From: Firmicutes bacterium UBA2598 | Lineage (GTDB): Bacteria > Bacillota > PH28-bin88 | DNA: 64,000 bases | Direction of reading: 5' to 3' | Assembly: GCA_002339345.1 (NCBI GenBank) | Contig: DDKM01000060.1 | Span: 1,580-65,579 of the forward strand | Shown here: piece by piece, positions 9,226 to 18,530 of the stretch | Position numbering within the stretch: position 1 is the stretch's first letter | Layout: every line of letters begins with the position of its first letter | Notes under the pieces: model-generated | What the model was told of the DNA's origin: nothing | The model's input: the letters and a program-made list of their open reading frames with translations, nothing else | The model's database searches: none | Position numbers and translations under genes: made by a program

Positions 9226-10962
9226 ATGGGCGAGCCTGTCATGACTGCCCCCCAACCCCTGCCATCACCCCGACCGCTCAGGCGAATGGTGTGGATGGCT
9301 GTTGCTTGTACCGTCATCGTGGTGATCGCCCTAATCCCCAATCCCATGGTGAATCCTGGGACACCATCACCCAGGATGGTGCTCGGGGACATGGTGGTGA
9401 ACACCCCTTTCCAGGTCCAGGGAGAGGAAATCCTGCTTCCCGTACAGCTGGTGCAGAACCATCTTGACCCGGACCTCTTTTGGGAACCAAAGACCGGCCG
9501 GCTGACAGCCACCACTGCCGAAAAGGTGCTCACCATGCGTACCGATACCCTTACCGCCTACTTGAATGAACGGCCAGTGGAGCTTGATATTCCATTGATA
9601 CAGACCGATGCCCCGGAAGGCGGCGCCTTGGTGCCCCTCAGCCCGCTGGTGCAGCTGCTGGGATTGACTATTAGCCGGCCGGATGACCAAACTCTGGTGG
9701 TGGACCTACCCGGTACAAACCTCATCACCGGGCGGGTACTATCCAAAACGCTGCTCCGCCCTGTTCCCAACCAGCGGGTAAGGGGTATCGGTCGGCTGGC
9801 AATGGGAGAGGACGTGGCGATCTTCGGTGAGGAACGGGGTTTTTTCCGGGTGCGCACAGCCCGGGGGGAAATTGGTTATATCCCCAAGGGGAAGGCGGAA
9901 CTATCTGGTATTCGTTCCGTCCCCCTGCCCCCGAACCCTCCTCCCACACCCTGGAAACCGGTGGGAAACAAGATTAGCCTGGTATGGGAACATGTCGGCA
10001 AGAAAAACCCCGATATGGTTAAAATCGGGGAAATTCCCGGCATCAATGTGGTTTCACCGACTTGGTTCCACCTGGCTGATGCCCAGGGCCGGTTAACCAA
10101 CAATGCCGATGAAAATTACATGCTGTGGGCAAGATCTAACGGTTACCAGGTGTGGGGGCTGGTGACCAACAGTTTTGATCCTGATCTGACCCAAAAGGTA
10201 TTGCGGGATCCTACAGCCAGGGACAATGTCATCCGTCAGTTGCTAGTACTGGCCAGATTGTACGGACTGGATGGCATTAACGTCGATTTTGAAAACATGT
10301 ACTTGGCGGACAGAGACTATTTTGTCCAATTCTTGCGGGAACTGACACCACTGGCCAGGGAACAGGGGCTGACTGTTTCCGTGGACGTAACGGTAAAATC
10401 CCAAAGCGCCAACTGGTCACTGGTCTATGACCGGAAGCGCATCGCTGAAGCGGTGGATTATGTGGCACTGATGACCTATGATGAACACTGGGCCAGCAGC
10501 CCCCAACCCGGCCCGGTTGCTTCCCTGCCATGGGTGGAGAGGGGACTGCAAGGAGTACTGGCGGAGATCCCGGCAGATAAACTGCTGCTGGGCATCCCCT
10601 TCTACACCCGTTTATGGCAGGAGACCAGGCAAGAGGACGGCTCTGTCAAGGTGTCTTCCAGGGTCCTGTCCATGCCAGCTGCATCCCGCCTGCTGATGGA
10701 AAAGGGCATCACCCCGGTCTTGGACCAGCGGAACTGGTTAAATTACGCCACCTACCAGGAAGGTAACACCACCTTCAAGATCTGGCTGGAAGATGAATTT
10801 TCCCTTCTCCAGCGGCTTGAGATGGCACGGAAGTATAACCTGGCCGGTATCGCTATCTGGCGCCGGGGCTTTGAGCACCCGGGGACTTGGCACCTGATTA
10901 AAGAAAATCTTGACCGCTATCCCCAGCAAAAGCCATTACTGGCCGGACCGGAAGGTTCCTGA
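9226..10962 (+). CDS. glycoside hydrolase family 18, spore-peptidoglycan-hydrolase type (YaaH/YdhD-like) with an N-terminal stalk and an SH3-like domain
   Basis: The GH18 catalytic motif LDGINVDFENM (DxxDxDxE) is present. An SH3b-like segment (EDVAIFGEERGFFRVRTARGEIGYIPK) and an N-terminal signal/anchor precede it. An AAAGGAGG SD lies upstream of the start. Confidence 0.85.
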   Translation: MGEPVMTAPQPLPSPRPLRRMVWMAVACTVIVVIALIPNPMVNPGTPSPRMVLGDMVVNTPFQVQGEEILLPVQLVQNHLDPDLFWEPKTGRLTATTAEKVLTMRTDTLTAYLNERPVELDIPLIQTDAPEGGALVPLSPLVQLLGLTISRPDDQTLVVDLPGTNLITGRVLSKTLLRPVPNQRVRGIGRLAMGEDVAIFGEERGFFRVRTARGEIGYIPKGKAELSGIRSVPLPPNPPPTPWKPVGNKISLVWEHVGKKNPDMVKIGEIPGINVVSPTWFHLADAQGRLTNNADENYMLWARSNGYQVWGLVTNSFDPDLTQKVLRDPTARDNVIRQLLVLARLYGLDGINVDFENMYLADRDYFVQFLRELTPLAREQGLTVSVDVTVKSQSANWSLVYDRKRIAEAVDYVALMTYDEHWASSPQPGPVASLPWVERGLQGVLAEIPADKLLLGIPFYTRLWQETRQEDGSVKVSSRVLSMPAASRLLMEKGITPVLDQRNWLNYATYQEGNTTFKIWLEDEFSLLQRLEMARKYNLAGIAIWRRGFEHPGTWHLIKENLDRYPQQKPLLAGPEGS

Positions 10963-11156
10963 CAGGAATAGATACCCCCACCCCCGGGCATTCTCATGGC
11001 AGGAGGTGACGATCAATGCAGCAACCCTGCCCGATGACAACCTGCCGCTGGTATGACGGGGATGGTGACTGAATGAAGCCTACCTTTGCTGGGGTCAGCA
11101 AACGGGACCTTCCCCGCCGCAGCCATGGAGCCAGGGATTGTTTCCAATCCAGATAA

Positions 11157-11187
11157 GGGGGTGATACAAACCCCCGGCTTTTTTTTT
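11157..11187 (+). terminator. rho-independent terminator-like hairpin, possibly bidirectional
   Basis: The sequence GGGGGT-gatacaa-ACCCCC is followed by GGC and T9. It abuts the stop of the minus-strand aldo/keto reductase gene and closes the small-ORF region at 11016-11156. Confidence 0.5.
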
Positions 11188-11189
11188 GA

Positions 11190-12194
11190 TCATTCCAGTC
11201 TGGCCCGGCACTCCTGAAGCATCTCCCGGATAGGAAGGCCATAGGGACACCTTTCCTCACACTGGCCGCATTCCACACATTCTCCGATCTTAACCGGTAT
11301 CACTTGGTATCGGTTTCTGGCCCATTCTTGCAGGCCATAGCGGGTATGATACCCGTCCAGAATGAAGATCATAGGGATGTCAATTCCCTGGGGACATGGC
11401 TGGCAATACTCACACCGGCGGCAAAAACGGCCGGCCCACTTACTCACCAGTTCCTCCAACTGGTTCCGCTCGTCGGACTGGAGACAACCCTCTGCACCCT
11501 GGATATTGCTGGCCACCTGTGACAACCTGTCCATCCCTACCAGGGCAGTTGATACATGCGGATTTCCCAAAATGTATTTCAGTGCTGGCCCAGCATACTG
11601 CAAGGCACCGCCGGCCAGGGGTTTCATGGCAATCACACCCAAACCCATGGCCGCCGCACGGGGAACCAACTCCTGTGCCGCCTGATTTTCGATGGCATTA
11701 TAAGGCACCATTACCGTGGCAAATTTGCCGGTTTCCACCGCCGCTAACAGAACGGACACCACGTGACTACTGATGCCGATATGATTGATTTGCCCTTTCT
11801 CCCTGGCCTCCAGCAGTGCGGCATAAGCTCCATCGGGAGCCAGTGTCCGTTCTAAAGTCTCAAGATCTTTCACATTATGCAGTTGATAGAGATCGATCCG
11901 GCTTAAGCCCATGGCGGCAAGACTTTTCGCTACATCTGCTGCCATGGCCTCCTTGGTTCTGGCCATGGACTTACTGGCGATGATGGGCAATTCCGTCAAT
12001 CCCTGCAAGCCCGCTCCTATCTTGGACTCGCTGTCGGTATAGGCCCTTGCGGTATCAATGAAATTGATGCCATGCCGGATCGCCGTCCGCACCAGTTCCT
12101 CCGCCTCCCCTGCTGGTATACGCTGCAGTGGGATACCCCCCAGGCTGACGGCTGACACCCGCAGGCCTGTTTGTCCGAGTTGTCGGTATTCCAA
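11190..12194 (-). CDS. aldo/keto reductase with a C-terminal 4Fe-4S ferredoxin-type domain
   Basis: MEYRQLGQTGLRVSAVSLGG is the AKR N-terminal signature. The C-terminus carries CxxCxxC..CP motifs (CRRCEYCQPCP and CVECGQCEERCP). Confidence 0.85.
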   Translation of the reverse strand: MEYRQLGQTGLRVSAVSLGGIPLQRIPAGEAEELVRTAIRHGINFIDTARAYTDSESKIGAGLQGLTELPIIASKSMARTKEAMAADVAKSLAAMGLSRIDLYQLHNVKDLETLERTLAPDGAYAALLEAREKGQINHIGISSHVVSVLLAAVETGKFATVMVPYNAIENQAAQELVPRAAAMGLGVIAMKPLAGGALQYAGPALKYILGNPHVSTALVGMDRLSQVASNIQGAEGCLQSDERNQLEELVSKWAGRFCRRCEYCQPCPQGIDIPMIFILDGYHTRYGLQEWARNRYQVIPVKIGECVECGQCEERCPYGLPIREMLQECRARLE

Positions 12195-12261
12195 TAAAAC
12201 ACACCCCTTTTACCATTTATCTTAACATATCAGGAAAACATACAAAATTGTTTTTCATTAT

Positions 12262-12289
12262 TTGCATATCATACCTTATGTTATATAAT
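12262..12289 (+). promoter_or_regulatory. sigma-A type promoter (TTGCAT - 16 nt - TATAAT)
   Basis: The -35 element TTGCAT is at 12262-12267 and the -10 element TATAAT at 12284-12289, in an AT-rich gap. This predicts a leader of about 160 nt ahead of the zinc-ribbon gene. Confidence 0.5.
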
Positions 12290-12455
12290 AAACAATAGCA
12301 TTAGCTTTGTAGGTTTGCCTGCTCTACCTCCGGTTCGGTTCCAACGATTTCCTCCTTATCGGTTAATTCCACCGTAAGGGTCTTGTCGCGGACGACCAGG
12401 GCAAAGCAACCCTTACAAGGCCATCATTTTCCCCGGTAAAGGAGGAAGGAATTTA

Positions 12456-12749
12456 GTGTACCAGGACAAAATTCTACACTGCAAGGAGTGCGGTCTGGAC
12501 TTTACATTCACCGCACGGGAACAGGAGTTTTACGCCGAGAAGGGCTTTCAAAACGAGCCCTCCAGGTGCCCTGAGTGCCGTGCCGCCCGCAAAAGGGCTA
12601 ACGCCGGCCAGGGGATCGGCGCCGGCGGTCGTCAAATGTATGCGGTAACCTGCCACGACTGCGGTGCAGACACGGAAGTACCCTTCAAACCAACGGGCAG
12701 TAAGCCGGTCTACTGCCAGGAATGTTTCCGCAAATACCAGCGCTACTAG
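12456..12749 (+). CDS. small zinc-ribbon protein (two CxxC...CxxC units)
   Basis: The motifs are CKECG...CPECR and CHDCG...CQECF. A GTG start follows an AAAGGAGGAAGG SD, and a strong terminator follows the gene. Confidence 0.8.
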   Translation: MYQDKILHCKECGLDFTFTAREQEFYAEKGFQNEPSRCPECRAARKRANAGQGIGAGGRQMYAVTCHDCGADTEVPFKPTGSKPVYCQECFRKYQRY

Positions 12750-12757
12750 GAGATGAG

Positions 12758-12790
12758 AAACCGGAGAGCACTTAAACTCTCCGGTTTTTT
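12758..12790 (+). terminator. rho-independent terminator
   Basis: The hairpin CCGGAGAG-cacttaaa-CTCTCCGG is followed by T6, 9 nt after the stop codon. Confidence 0.85.
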
Positions 12791-12808
12791 CAGTAGGTGT
12801 TTTCTATT

Positions 12809-12856
12809 ACAATCCGCCCAAAGGACTCCCGCCTGTACAGGCGGGAGAGGCTTCAC
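12809..12856 (-). repeat. extragenic palindromic repeat, copy 2
   Basis: The plus strand reads ACAATCCGCCCAAAGGACTCCCGCCTGTACAGGCGGGAGAGGCTTCAC. It contains the perfect palindrome CTCCCGCCTGTACAGGCGGGAG and ends 2 nt from the stop of the 12859-13092 ORF. Confidence 0.75.
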
Positions 12857-12858
12857 CG

Positions 12859-13092
12859 TTACCTCAGCCGGCGGACATGACGGTGTTCCCTTTTACCGTC
12901 CCGAAACTGACTGAATCCCAGTACAACCAGTAACAGCCCCCCCAAAACCATCCCGATGGACTCCATACCGGTCATCCGCCCAATTACGCCGGTGATTACA
13001 GAACCCAGGGCAAAACCGTAGCCAAAAACATAGGCCGTGTTCCTTTTACGATTTTCCTGTCCCCAGATCAATTCCTTCACCTCCTTAAACAA
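12859..13092 (-). CDS. small hypothetical membrane protein (two predicted helices)
   Basis: The ORF has hydrophobic stretches (YVFGYGFALGSVITGVIG and IGMVLGGLLLVVLGF). I recognised no family. Confidence 0.45.
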   Translation of the reverse strand: MFKEVKELIWGQENRKRNTAYVFGYGFALGSVITGVIGRMTGMESIGMVLGGLLLVVLGFSQFRDGKREHRHVRRLR

Positions 13093-13170
13093 AACCCCGA
13101 ATGGCTGGACCGGGATAATGGGGATGTTACTATATATGTTATATGCAACTATATTTGAGGAGGGAACAGA

Positions 13171-13629
13171 TTGGGTGAACCAGCAAACATTACTGCTCTA
13201 AACACCTTGTTAAAGGGTGAACAAATGGCCATCACCGCCTATGGGATTATGCAAGCCATTGCTCCAGACCCCTAACTCCAGCAGGAGCTGACCAGATTCC
13301 GGCAGGATCATCTGCGCCATGCAGAATTGGTTCGCCAGCGCATCTTAAGTCTTGGCGGAAACCCCAGAAAGGGCGGCGGGCTCAAGGAATTATTGGCCAG
13401 TGGCGTGCTATGGCTGCAGGCGCGTATATCGGCCAACCCGGTGGCGGTACTGGAAAGAATGTATGACGGTGAAGATCAGGGCATCGCCAAGGCTTCCCAA
13501 TTGGTGCGTGAGGAACCGGATCCTGAAAGCCAGCGCCTAATGCTGAAAATTCTGCACCAGGATCATCAACACCTGCAGCAAATGCAACTTCTGATAGACC
13601 AGTACAGGCGGACCAGTGGTGTACACTGA
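13171..13629 (+). pseudogene. DUF2383 (PA2169-type ferritin-like) protein interrupted by an in-frame TAA at 13273-13275
   Basis: A TTG at 13171 follows a GAGGAGGG SD. The reading is LGEPANITALNTLLKGEQMAITAYGIMQAIAPDP*LQQELTRFRQDHLRHAELVRQRILSLGGNP. Both halves lie in one frame and together match the family pattern (LLKGE.MAI.AY ... DH..HA ... LGG.P ... YDGED.G). Confidence 0.6.
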
Positions 13630-13664
13630 AATGACGACTGTAGCAAAGGAAAGGAGCAGAGCCA

Positions 13665-14075
13665 GTGGAAGCAAGGGTAAAGTGGCAGGGGAATTTAGCC
13701 TTTACCGGTCTCAACGCCAGCGGGCACACCATTTTGATGGACGCGCCGCCATCCAAAGGTGGTGAGGGGACAGGACCCTCCCCCATGGAAACGGTATTGA
13801 TGGGTTTGGGCGGTTGTACCGGTATCGATATGGTACATATTTTGCGGAAAATGCAGGTGGAACTGGAAGACCTGGAAGTGGTCATGTGGGCGGAGCGCGC
13901 TCCGGTTCCCCCCCAGGTCTTTACCAGGATAAAAATGGTTTACCGCGTTAGCGGGCCAAACCTGCCTATGGACAAGCTTCAACGGGCGGCGGAATTGACC
14001 CAAAGCCAGTACTGCAGTGTATTGCACATGTTAAATAAAACCGCCCAGGTGGAGTGGTGTGTAGAAGTGGTCTGA
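13665..14075 (+). CDS. OsmC family peroxiredoxin-like protein
   Basis: GPSPMETVLMGLGGCTGIDMVHIL and the C-terminal QYCSV motif are typical of OsmC/Ohr. A GTG start follows an AAAGGAAAGGAG SD. Confidence 0.85.
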   Translation: MEARVKWQGNLAFTGLNASGHTILMDAPPSKGGEGTGPSPMETVLMGLGGCTGIDMVHILRKMQVELEDLEVVMWAERAPVPPQVFTRIKMVYRVSGPNLPMDKLQRAAELTQSQYCSVLHMLNKTAQVEWCVEVV

Positions 14076-14077
14076 GC

Positions 14078-14674
14078 CTATTTTTTCCTTTCATAGGTTT
14101 TCAGGGAAGAAGTGATTCGCGTATCCGGAGGTGAACGGAATTCAGTAAAGACCAGTCCGACACCTTTGCCGTAATACTGGTCCACTTCCGATGGGCTGCC
14201 CCCAAAGGTGGAACGGACCTTTACCACATCCTTAAAGGTCCCAGCCGGAGTGGTCAATTGTACCCCTTCCTCCACAACCTCATACTTCCGATCCCCGGCA
14301 ATCCATTTTGTACCCATCTTTAAGGGGGCCATCAGGATGGTTTGGGATTCATTTTCCGTTTTCTTGAGGCGGTTTTGATCATCATATGCTTCTTCCTCAA
14401 CATACACCAGGTTGATACGATCCCTTTTCACCTCGTAAACCAGGGCCAACACAGTTCCGCCATTGTCGCGCTTGACCTGCACCCGGTTGCCCTCCCGGTA
14501 GAGCACCCAGTCATCATAGGAGGCATATTCCGTCCCCTCACCCTCATATGACCAGTGATTGCCGATCTTAAGGGGAAGATAATCCTCAACGGTCGTTCCT
14601 CCCGGTGGCATGATCCGTTGGCAGCCGGTCAGCAGCAGTCCAGTTATGACCAATAACACTACCCAAAAACGCAA
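14078..14674 (-). CDS. hypothetical lipoprotein
   Basis: A signal peptide with a lipobox is present (LLLTGCQ). A TTG at 14674 lies 6 nt after a GGGGGG SD. The tracked start is at 14680. Confidence 0.6.
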   Translation of the reverse strand: MRFWVVLLVITGLLLTGCQRIMPPGGTTVEDYLPLKIGNHWSYEGEGTEYASYDDWVLYREGNRVQVKRDNGGTVLALVYEVKRDRINLVYVEEEAYDDQNRLKKTENESQTILMAPLKMGTKWIAGDRKYEVVEEGVQLTTPAGTFKDVVKVRSTFGGSPSEVDQYYGKGVGLVFTEFRSPPDTRITSSLKTYERKK

Positions 14675-14869
14675 CTCCAACCCCCCTTAAAAATTGTTCC
14701 AGCTTCCAGCAATAGGTTGCAACATGGTTCCTGCCGCTATACATCACACTTGATCTAAAGCCCAGACCATGAAATTTAGTCGCACAAAATAACGAAACAA
14801 GGGTATGGGCTCTGATGGCTTAGACACAGGCCATACCAAAACTTTTATTGTCTCGATAGGAGGTATTCC

Positions 14870-16093
14870 GTGCAGGTAATCAGCTTACATAGGAACCGTC
14901 CGTTGCTTATCCGGGCAGGGGCCGCCTGGGACGGAATCATGGCCCACCCCCTTTGCAGGGTAGCGGTAGGTATTGTGGAAGGCCGGATAGCCTTTATCCA
15001 TCCGTCAACTGGAAACGAAGAATGGGACCGGCATTACTGGTATGTGGTGGATTGCCCCGATCTGGCCCTCCTGCCTGGGTTGGTTGACTGTCATGTCCAT
15101 CTGGCTCTGGACGGGGTAAATCCACCAAACCCCGAAGGTGAACCCAAGCAGGAACAAAAGGTTTCCCAGTTACTGGAGCGGTTGCAGTGCTATATTACCC
15201 ACGGCATCCTGGCTTTGCGGGATGGCGGGGACCGCTACGGCACCGGTATCATGGCACGTAACCTGGCCATCCAAAATCGTTGGGATAGCCCGGCGGTGGT
15301 GGCCACCGGCACTGCTATCCGCCGCCATGGGAGGTATGGATCCTTTCTTGGACCTGGTGTTACAGGAAGAGAAGACCTGCCGACCGCCATCTGGCAGGCA
15401 GCCAATAACGGGGTGGACCAGATCAAGGTAATCGCCTCCGGCATAGTCGATCTGACCAGACCCAACAGGGTGGGGTCTCTCCAATTTGACATGGCGGAAA
15501 TGGAAACTATCATCTCCCTGGCCCGCCAGCAAAGCCTACCGGTAATGGTCCATGCCAGCGGCACAGACGCCGTAGAAAACTGTATCAATGCAGGGGCGGA
15601 TTCCCTGGAACATGGTTATCATATCACTACCGGAGGGTTGAACAAACTGGCCGCCGGAAAAACCGCCTGGGTGCCCACACTGGTGCCGGTTGCCGTCCAG
15701 GAAGGTTATCCGGCAGTTGACCCGGCTGTTGTTGCAGATACCTGCAACCACCAGATGCAGTCAGTGGGTATAGCCCATGCCTTGGGTGCCAGAATCGCCG
15801 TAGGCACCGATGCCGGCTCCAGGGGAGTCCCCCATGCCAGTTACTATTTACGGGAAATGATCCTACTTAACCGGTGCGGTCTGCCACCCCAGGCAGTGCT
15901 AAGGGCGGCTACCATAGAGGGCGCCCGGGTCCTTGGTCTGGACAACCATCTGGGAACCCTCACCCCAGGCAAGGTAGCCAATCTTATCGGGGTTGCCGGC
16001 GAACCATGGCGGGACCTGGCATCTTTGCAGCGAATAGGTTTGGTTTGCTTCCTGCCCCCCGCGTACTGGCAGCCGGTACCCGCCCGACATTAA
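14870..16093 (+). CDS. amidohydrolase-superfamily metal-dependent hydrolase
   Basis: The sequence shows the motif LLPGLVDCHVHLALDG (HxH) and later conserved His/Asp positions (VHASG and GTDAG). A GTG start follows a TAGGAGG SD. Confidence 0.75.
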   Translation: MQVISLHRNRPLLIRAGAAWDGIMAHPLCRVAVGIVEGRIAFIHPSTGNEEWDRHYWYVVDCPDLALLPGLVDCHVHLALDGVNPPNPEGEPKQEQKVSQLLERLQCYITHGILALRDGGDRYGTGIMARNLAIQNRWDSPAVVATGTAIRRHGRYGSFLGPGVTGREDLPTAIWQAANNGVDQIKVIASGIVDLTRPNRVGSLQFDMAEMETIISLARQQSLPVMVHASGTDAVENCINAGADSLEHGYHITTGGLNKLAAGKTAWVPTLVPVAVQEGYPAVDPAVVADTCNHQMQSVGIAHALGARIAVGTDAGSRGVPHASYYLREMILLNRCGLPPQAVLRAATIEGARVLGLDNHLGTLTPGKVANLIGVAGEPWRDLASLQRIGLVCFLPPAYWQPVPARH

Positions 16094-16162
16094 ATAACAA
16101 TTGGTATAATGGCAGGAATTACCGCGAAAAATACCCCTAACTAACTTAGGGGGGTGTTTTTT

Positions 16163-16684
16163 TTGTCCAAGACGGAAGCTAACCTGAAGTCAGCCTATGC
16201 TGGAGAAAGCCAGGCACGGAACTACTATACCTTTTGGGCAGCAGTCGCCCGTAAGGAAGGGTGGCTGAAGATCGCCGAAATATTCGAGGAAACCGCCCAC
16301 AACGAAAAGGAACACGCCGAAGTAATTCTAAAGCTGTTAAACGGAATCAAGGATAGTTCCACCAACCTGCAATCCGCCGTGGAAAAGGAAACCTTTGAAT
16401 ACCAGAACATGTACCCGGAGTTTGAGCGAGTCGCCCTGGAGGAGGGAAACCAGGCTGCCGCCCGGTTCTTTGCCACCGTCCAGCAAGTGGAGAAACATCA
16501 TGCTGAGCGGTTCCAACGGCTCCGCGATATGCTCCAGGGTGACTCGCTATTAAAGAAGGACCGCTCCATCCGGTGGAAATGCCGGGAATGTGGCTTCATC
16601 CATGACGGGGAAACACCACCGGAAAATTGTCCCCTTTGCCACCACGGAAGGGAATACTACGAACCGCTGGTGGAGGAATTTTGA
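16163..16684 (+). CDS. rbr: rubrerythrin
   Basis: The ferritin-like di-iron half is present (TEANLKSAYAGESQARNYY and EKEHAEV), followed by a C-terminal rubredoxin (WKCRECGF...CPLCHH). A TTG at 16163 lies 6 nt after a GGGGGGTG SD. Confidence 0.9.
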   Translation: MSKTEANLKSAYAGESQARNYYTFWAAVARKEGWLKIAEIFEETAHNEKEHAEVILKLLNGIKDSSTNLQSAVEKETFEYQNMYPEFERVALEEGNQAAARFFATVQQVEKHHAERFQRLRDMLQGDSLLKKDRSIRWKCRECGFIHDGETPPENCPLCHHGREYYEPLVEEF

Positions 16685-17574
16685 CCGGGAAAGGAAGGGG
16701 CCCGCTCCATTTGCAGGCTGATAATGGCAGCCACAATTAACATGCCCCCGGCAAGTTGCACAGGTGACATGATTTCGCCAAGGATTAGATAAGCGGTAAC
16801 CCCTGCCACTACCGGTTCCAGAGTACTAACAATACTCGCCCGGGAAGCCGCCAACCTGCCCAGTCCCATAAAATACAGCCCAAAAGGGAGCATGGTGGCA
16901 AAAATACCGATGTACATAAAGAACGCCCAGGTTAGCCTGTTAAAGTCCATCTGTGCCAGTACCCACGGCGGCTGCCATACCCACCAGGGGATTGCACCGA
17001 AGACCAGTGCATAGAAGAGCACCGTCCATGGGTTATATCTTTTAACCAGGGTTTGGCCGTAGAGGGTGTAAAAGGCCATGGCCACTGCCGAAGCCAATCC
17101 GGAAACAAGACCGCGCCACGGAATGGTTAGGGTATCCTGCACCTGGCCGACCATAATCATGGCACTGCCTGCCACCGCCATGGCCAGAGATACCGCAGTG
17201 GTGGTTCCCAGGGGTTGCCGCAGGAAAAGGACGGTGTAAACAGCAATCAGAATGGGAGCAAGGTATTGGAGAAAAACGGCGGTGGCCACATTCAACTGGC
17301 TGATTGTATAGAGATACGTGAACTGCACCCAGGCCATACCAGCCATCCCCAGGATGATGAAGCCGGGCCAGTCCGTTCTGGCCACTTTCAAAACACCCCC
17401 CTGGCGGGTACAGAGCACCGTTCCCAGCAGGATGGCGGCCAGGGTCATGCGCACCTGCACCAATGTAACTGGGGAAACCTCCTGGTTAAAAAGATATTTG
17501 GCCACCGTGCCGGAAAGACCCCACAAGCAGGCAGCCCCTATGATGAAAAAATAACCTGACAGTTTTACCGGCAC
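16657..17574 (-). CDS. DMT/EamA family transporter (10 TM helices)
   Basis: It has a double EamA architecture. A GTG start follows an AGGAGG SD. Its 3' end overlaps the convergent rubrerythrin gene by 28 nt. Confidence 0.8.
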   Translation of the reverse strand: MPVKLSGYFFIIGAACLWGLSGTVAKYLFNQEVSPVTLVQVRMTLAAILLGTVLCTRQGGVLKVARTDWPGFIILGMAGMAWVQFTYLYTISQLNVATAVFLQYLAPILIAVYTVLFLRQPLGTTTAVSLAMAVAGSAMIMVGQVQDTLTIPWRGLVSGLASAVAMAFYTLYGQTLVKRYNPWTVLFYALVFGAIPWWVWQPPWVLAQMDFNRLTWAFFMYIGIFATMLPFGLYFMGLGRLAASRASIVSTLEPVVAGVTAYLILGEIMSPVQLAGGMLIVAAIISLQMERAPSFPGQNSSTSGS

Positions 17575-17579
17575 ACTGC

Positions 17580-18500
17580 CTACCTCCTGTTTGCTCTAAA
17601 CTGATTGATGGTGTGGTGCCATCCCCCCACCAAGGGAAGCCGAACACAACGCCCCTCCGCCAACAACACGCCTGCCAAAATTACCGTCATCCCGGCCGCC
17701 ATCAATCCTGTCAAGGGTTCCCCAACGGTAGTCCCGAGGACCACCGCCACCACTGGAATGGTAAAACCAACCAGGGAAACAGTGGAAGCTGGCGCCCGCT
17801 GGAGAAGCCAAAAATACAGACCAAAGGCCAAGGCGGAACCCATCAAGGCCAGATATACCACCGCACCTAGGGCTGTTAAGGTAAGGCGGACATCCGCCCC
17901 ACGTTCCCACCACAAGGCCGCTATTACCAACACTAGCGCCCCAAAGGTGGTTTGACCGGTATTCATCAGATCTGCCGGGAGATGACGTGCGAAGCGTTTA
18001 ACATAGACGTTGCCAGCCGCATAGGAAACGGAGCTCCCAACCACCGCCAAACCGCCCAACCAGGTGGATGCACCACCCATCCGGTCCAGGAAAAGCAACC
18101 CAACCCCAGCCAGCCCCATCATCACCCCCATCAGACGGGCTGCCCCCACCCGTTCACCCAGAATGGGACCCGCCATGATGGTGACAAAAAGGGGTACAGT
18201 GCCTGTCAACACCGCCGCTAACCCAGAGTTCACAAACTGCTGCCCCCAAAAGGTCAACCCAAATGGTAGGGCGGTCATTAACATTCCCAAACTTGCCAGG
18301 TGAATAAGGTTTTGCATGTTAACCCCTACCATACCTCCCCGCCAGGCCAGGTAACCCCACAAACAAAGGGCTGCCACGCAAAACCGCAGAGCCGCAAAAG
18401 TTAAGGGTGGCAAATCCGCCAACCCTACCTTGATGGCCAGAAAGGTGGACCCCCAGATCAAGCTAACTACCCCGAAAACCATCCATCCCTGCTTGTCCAT
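17580..18500 (-). CDS. DMT/EamA family transporter (10 TM helices)
   Basis: VSLIWGSTFLAIKVGL is the typical EamA N-terminus. It lies in tandem with the preceding DMT paralogue. Confidence 0.8.
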   Translation of the reverse strand: MDKQGWMVFGVVSLIWGSTFLAIKVGLADLPPLTFAALRFCVAALCLWGYLAWRGGMVGVNMQNLIHLASLGMLMTALPFGLTFWGQQFVNSGLAAVLTGTVPLFVTIMAGPILGERVGAARLMGVMMGLAGVGLLFLDRMGGASTWLGGLAVVGSSVSYAAGNVYVKRFARHLPADLMNTGQTTFGALVLVIAALWWERGADVRLTLTALGAVVYLALMGSALAFGLYFWLLQRAPASTVSLVGFTIPVVAVVLGTTVGEPLTGLMAAGMTVILAGVLLAEGRCVRLPLVGGWHHTINQFRANRR

Positions 18501-18530
18501 ACGTTTCCCCCTATAAACTTAAAGGGCATC

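Noticed and set aside
10994-11278. 94-aa minus-strand ORF
   Set aside because: It overlaps the 3' end of the aldo/keto reductase gene out of frame and runs across the terminator hairpin. It has no SD.
13273-13275. Programmed recoding at the in-frame TAA of the DUF2383 gene
   Set aside because: Selenocysteine uses TGA and pyrrolysine uses TAG, and no recoding mechanism is known for TAA. I saw no SECIS- or PYLIS-like context. A pseudogene or a sequencing error is the simpler explanation.
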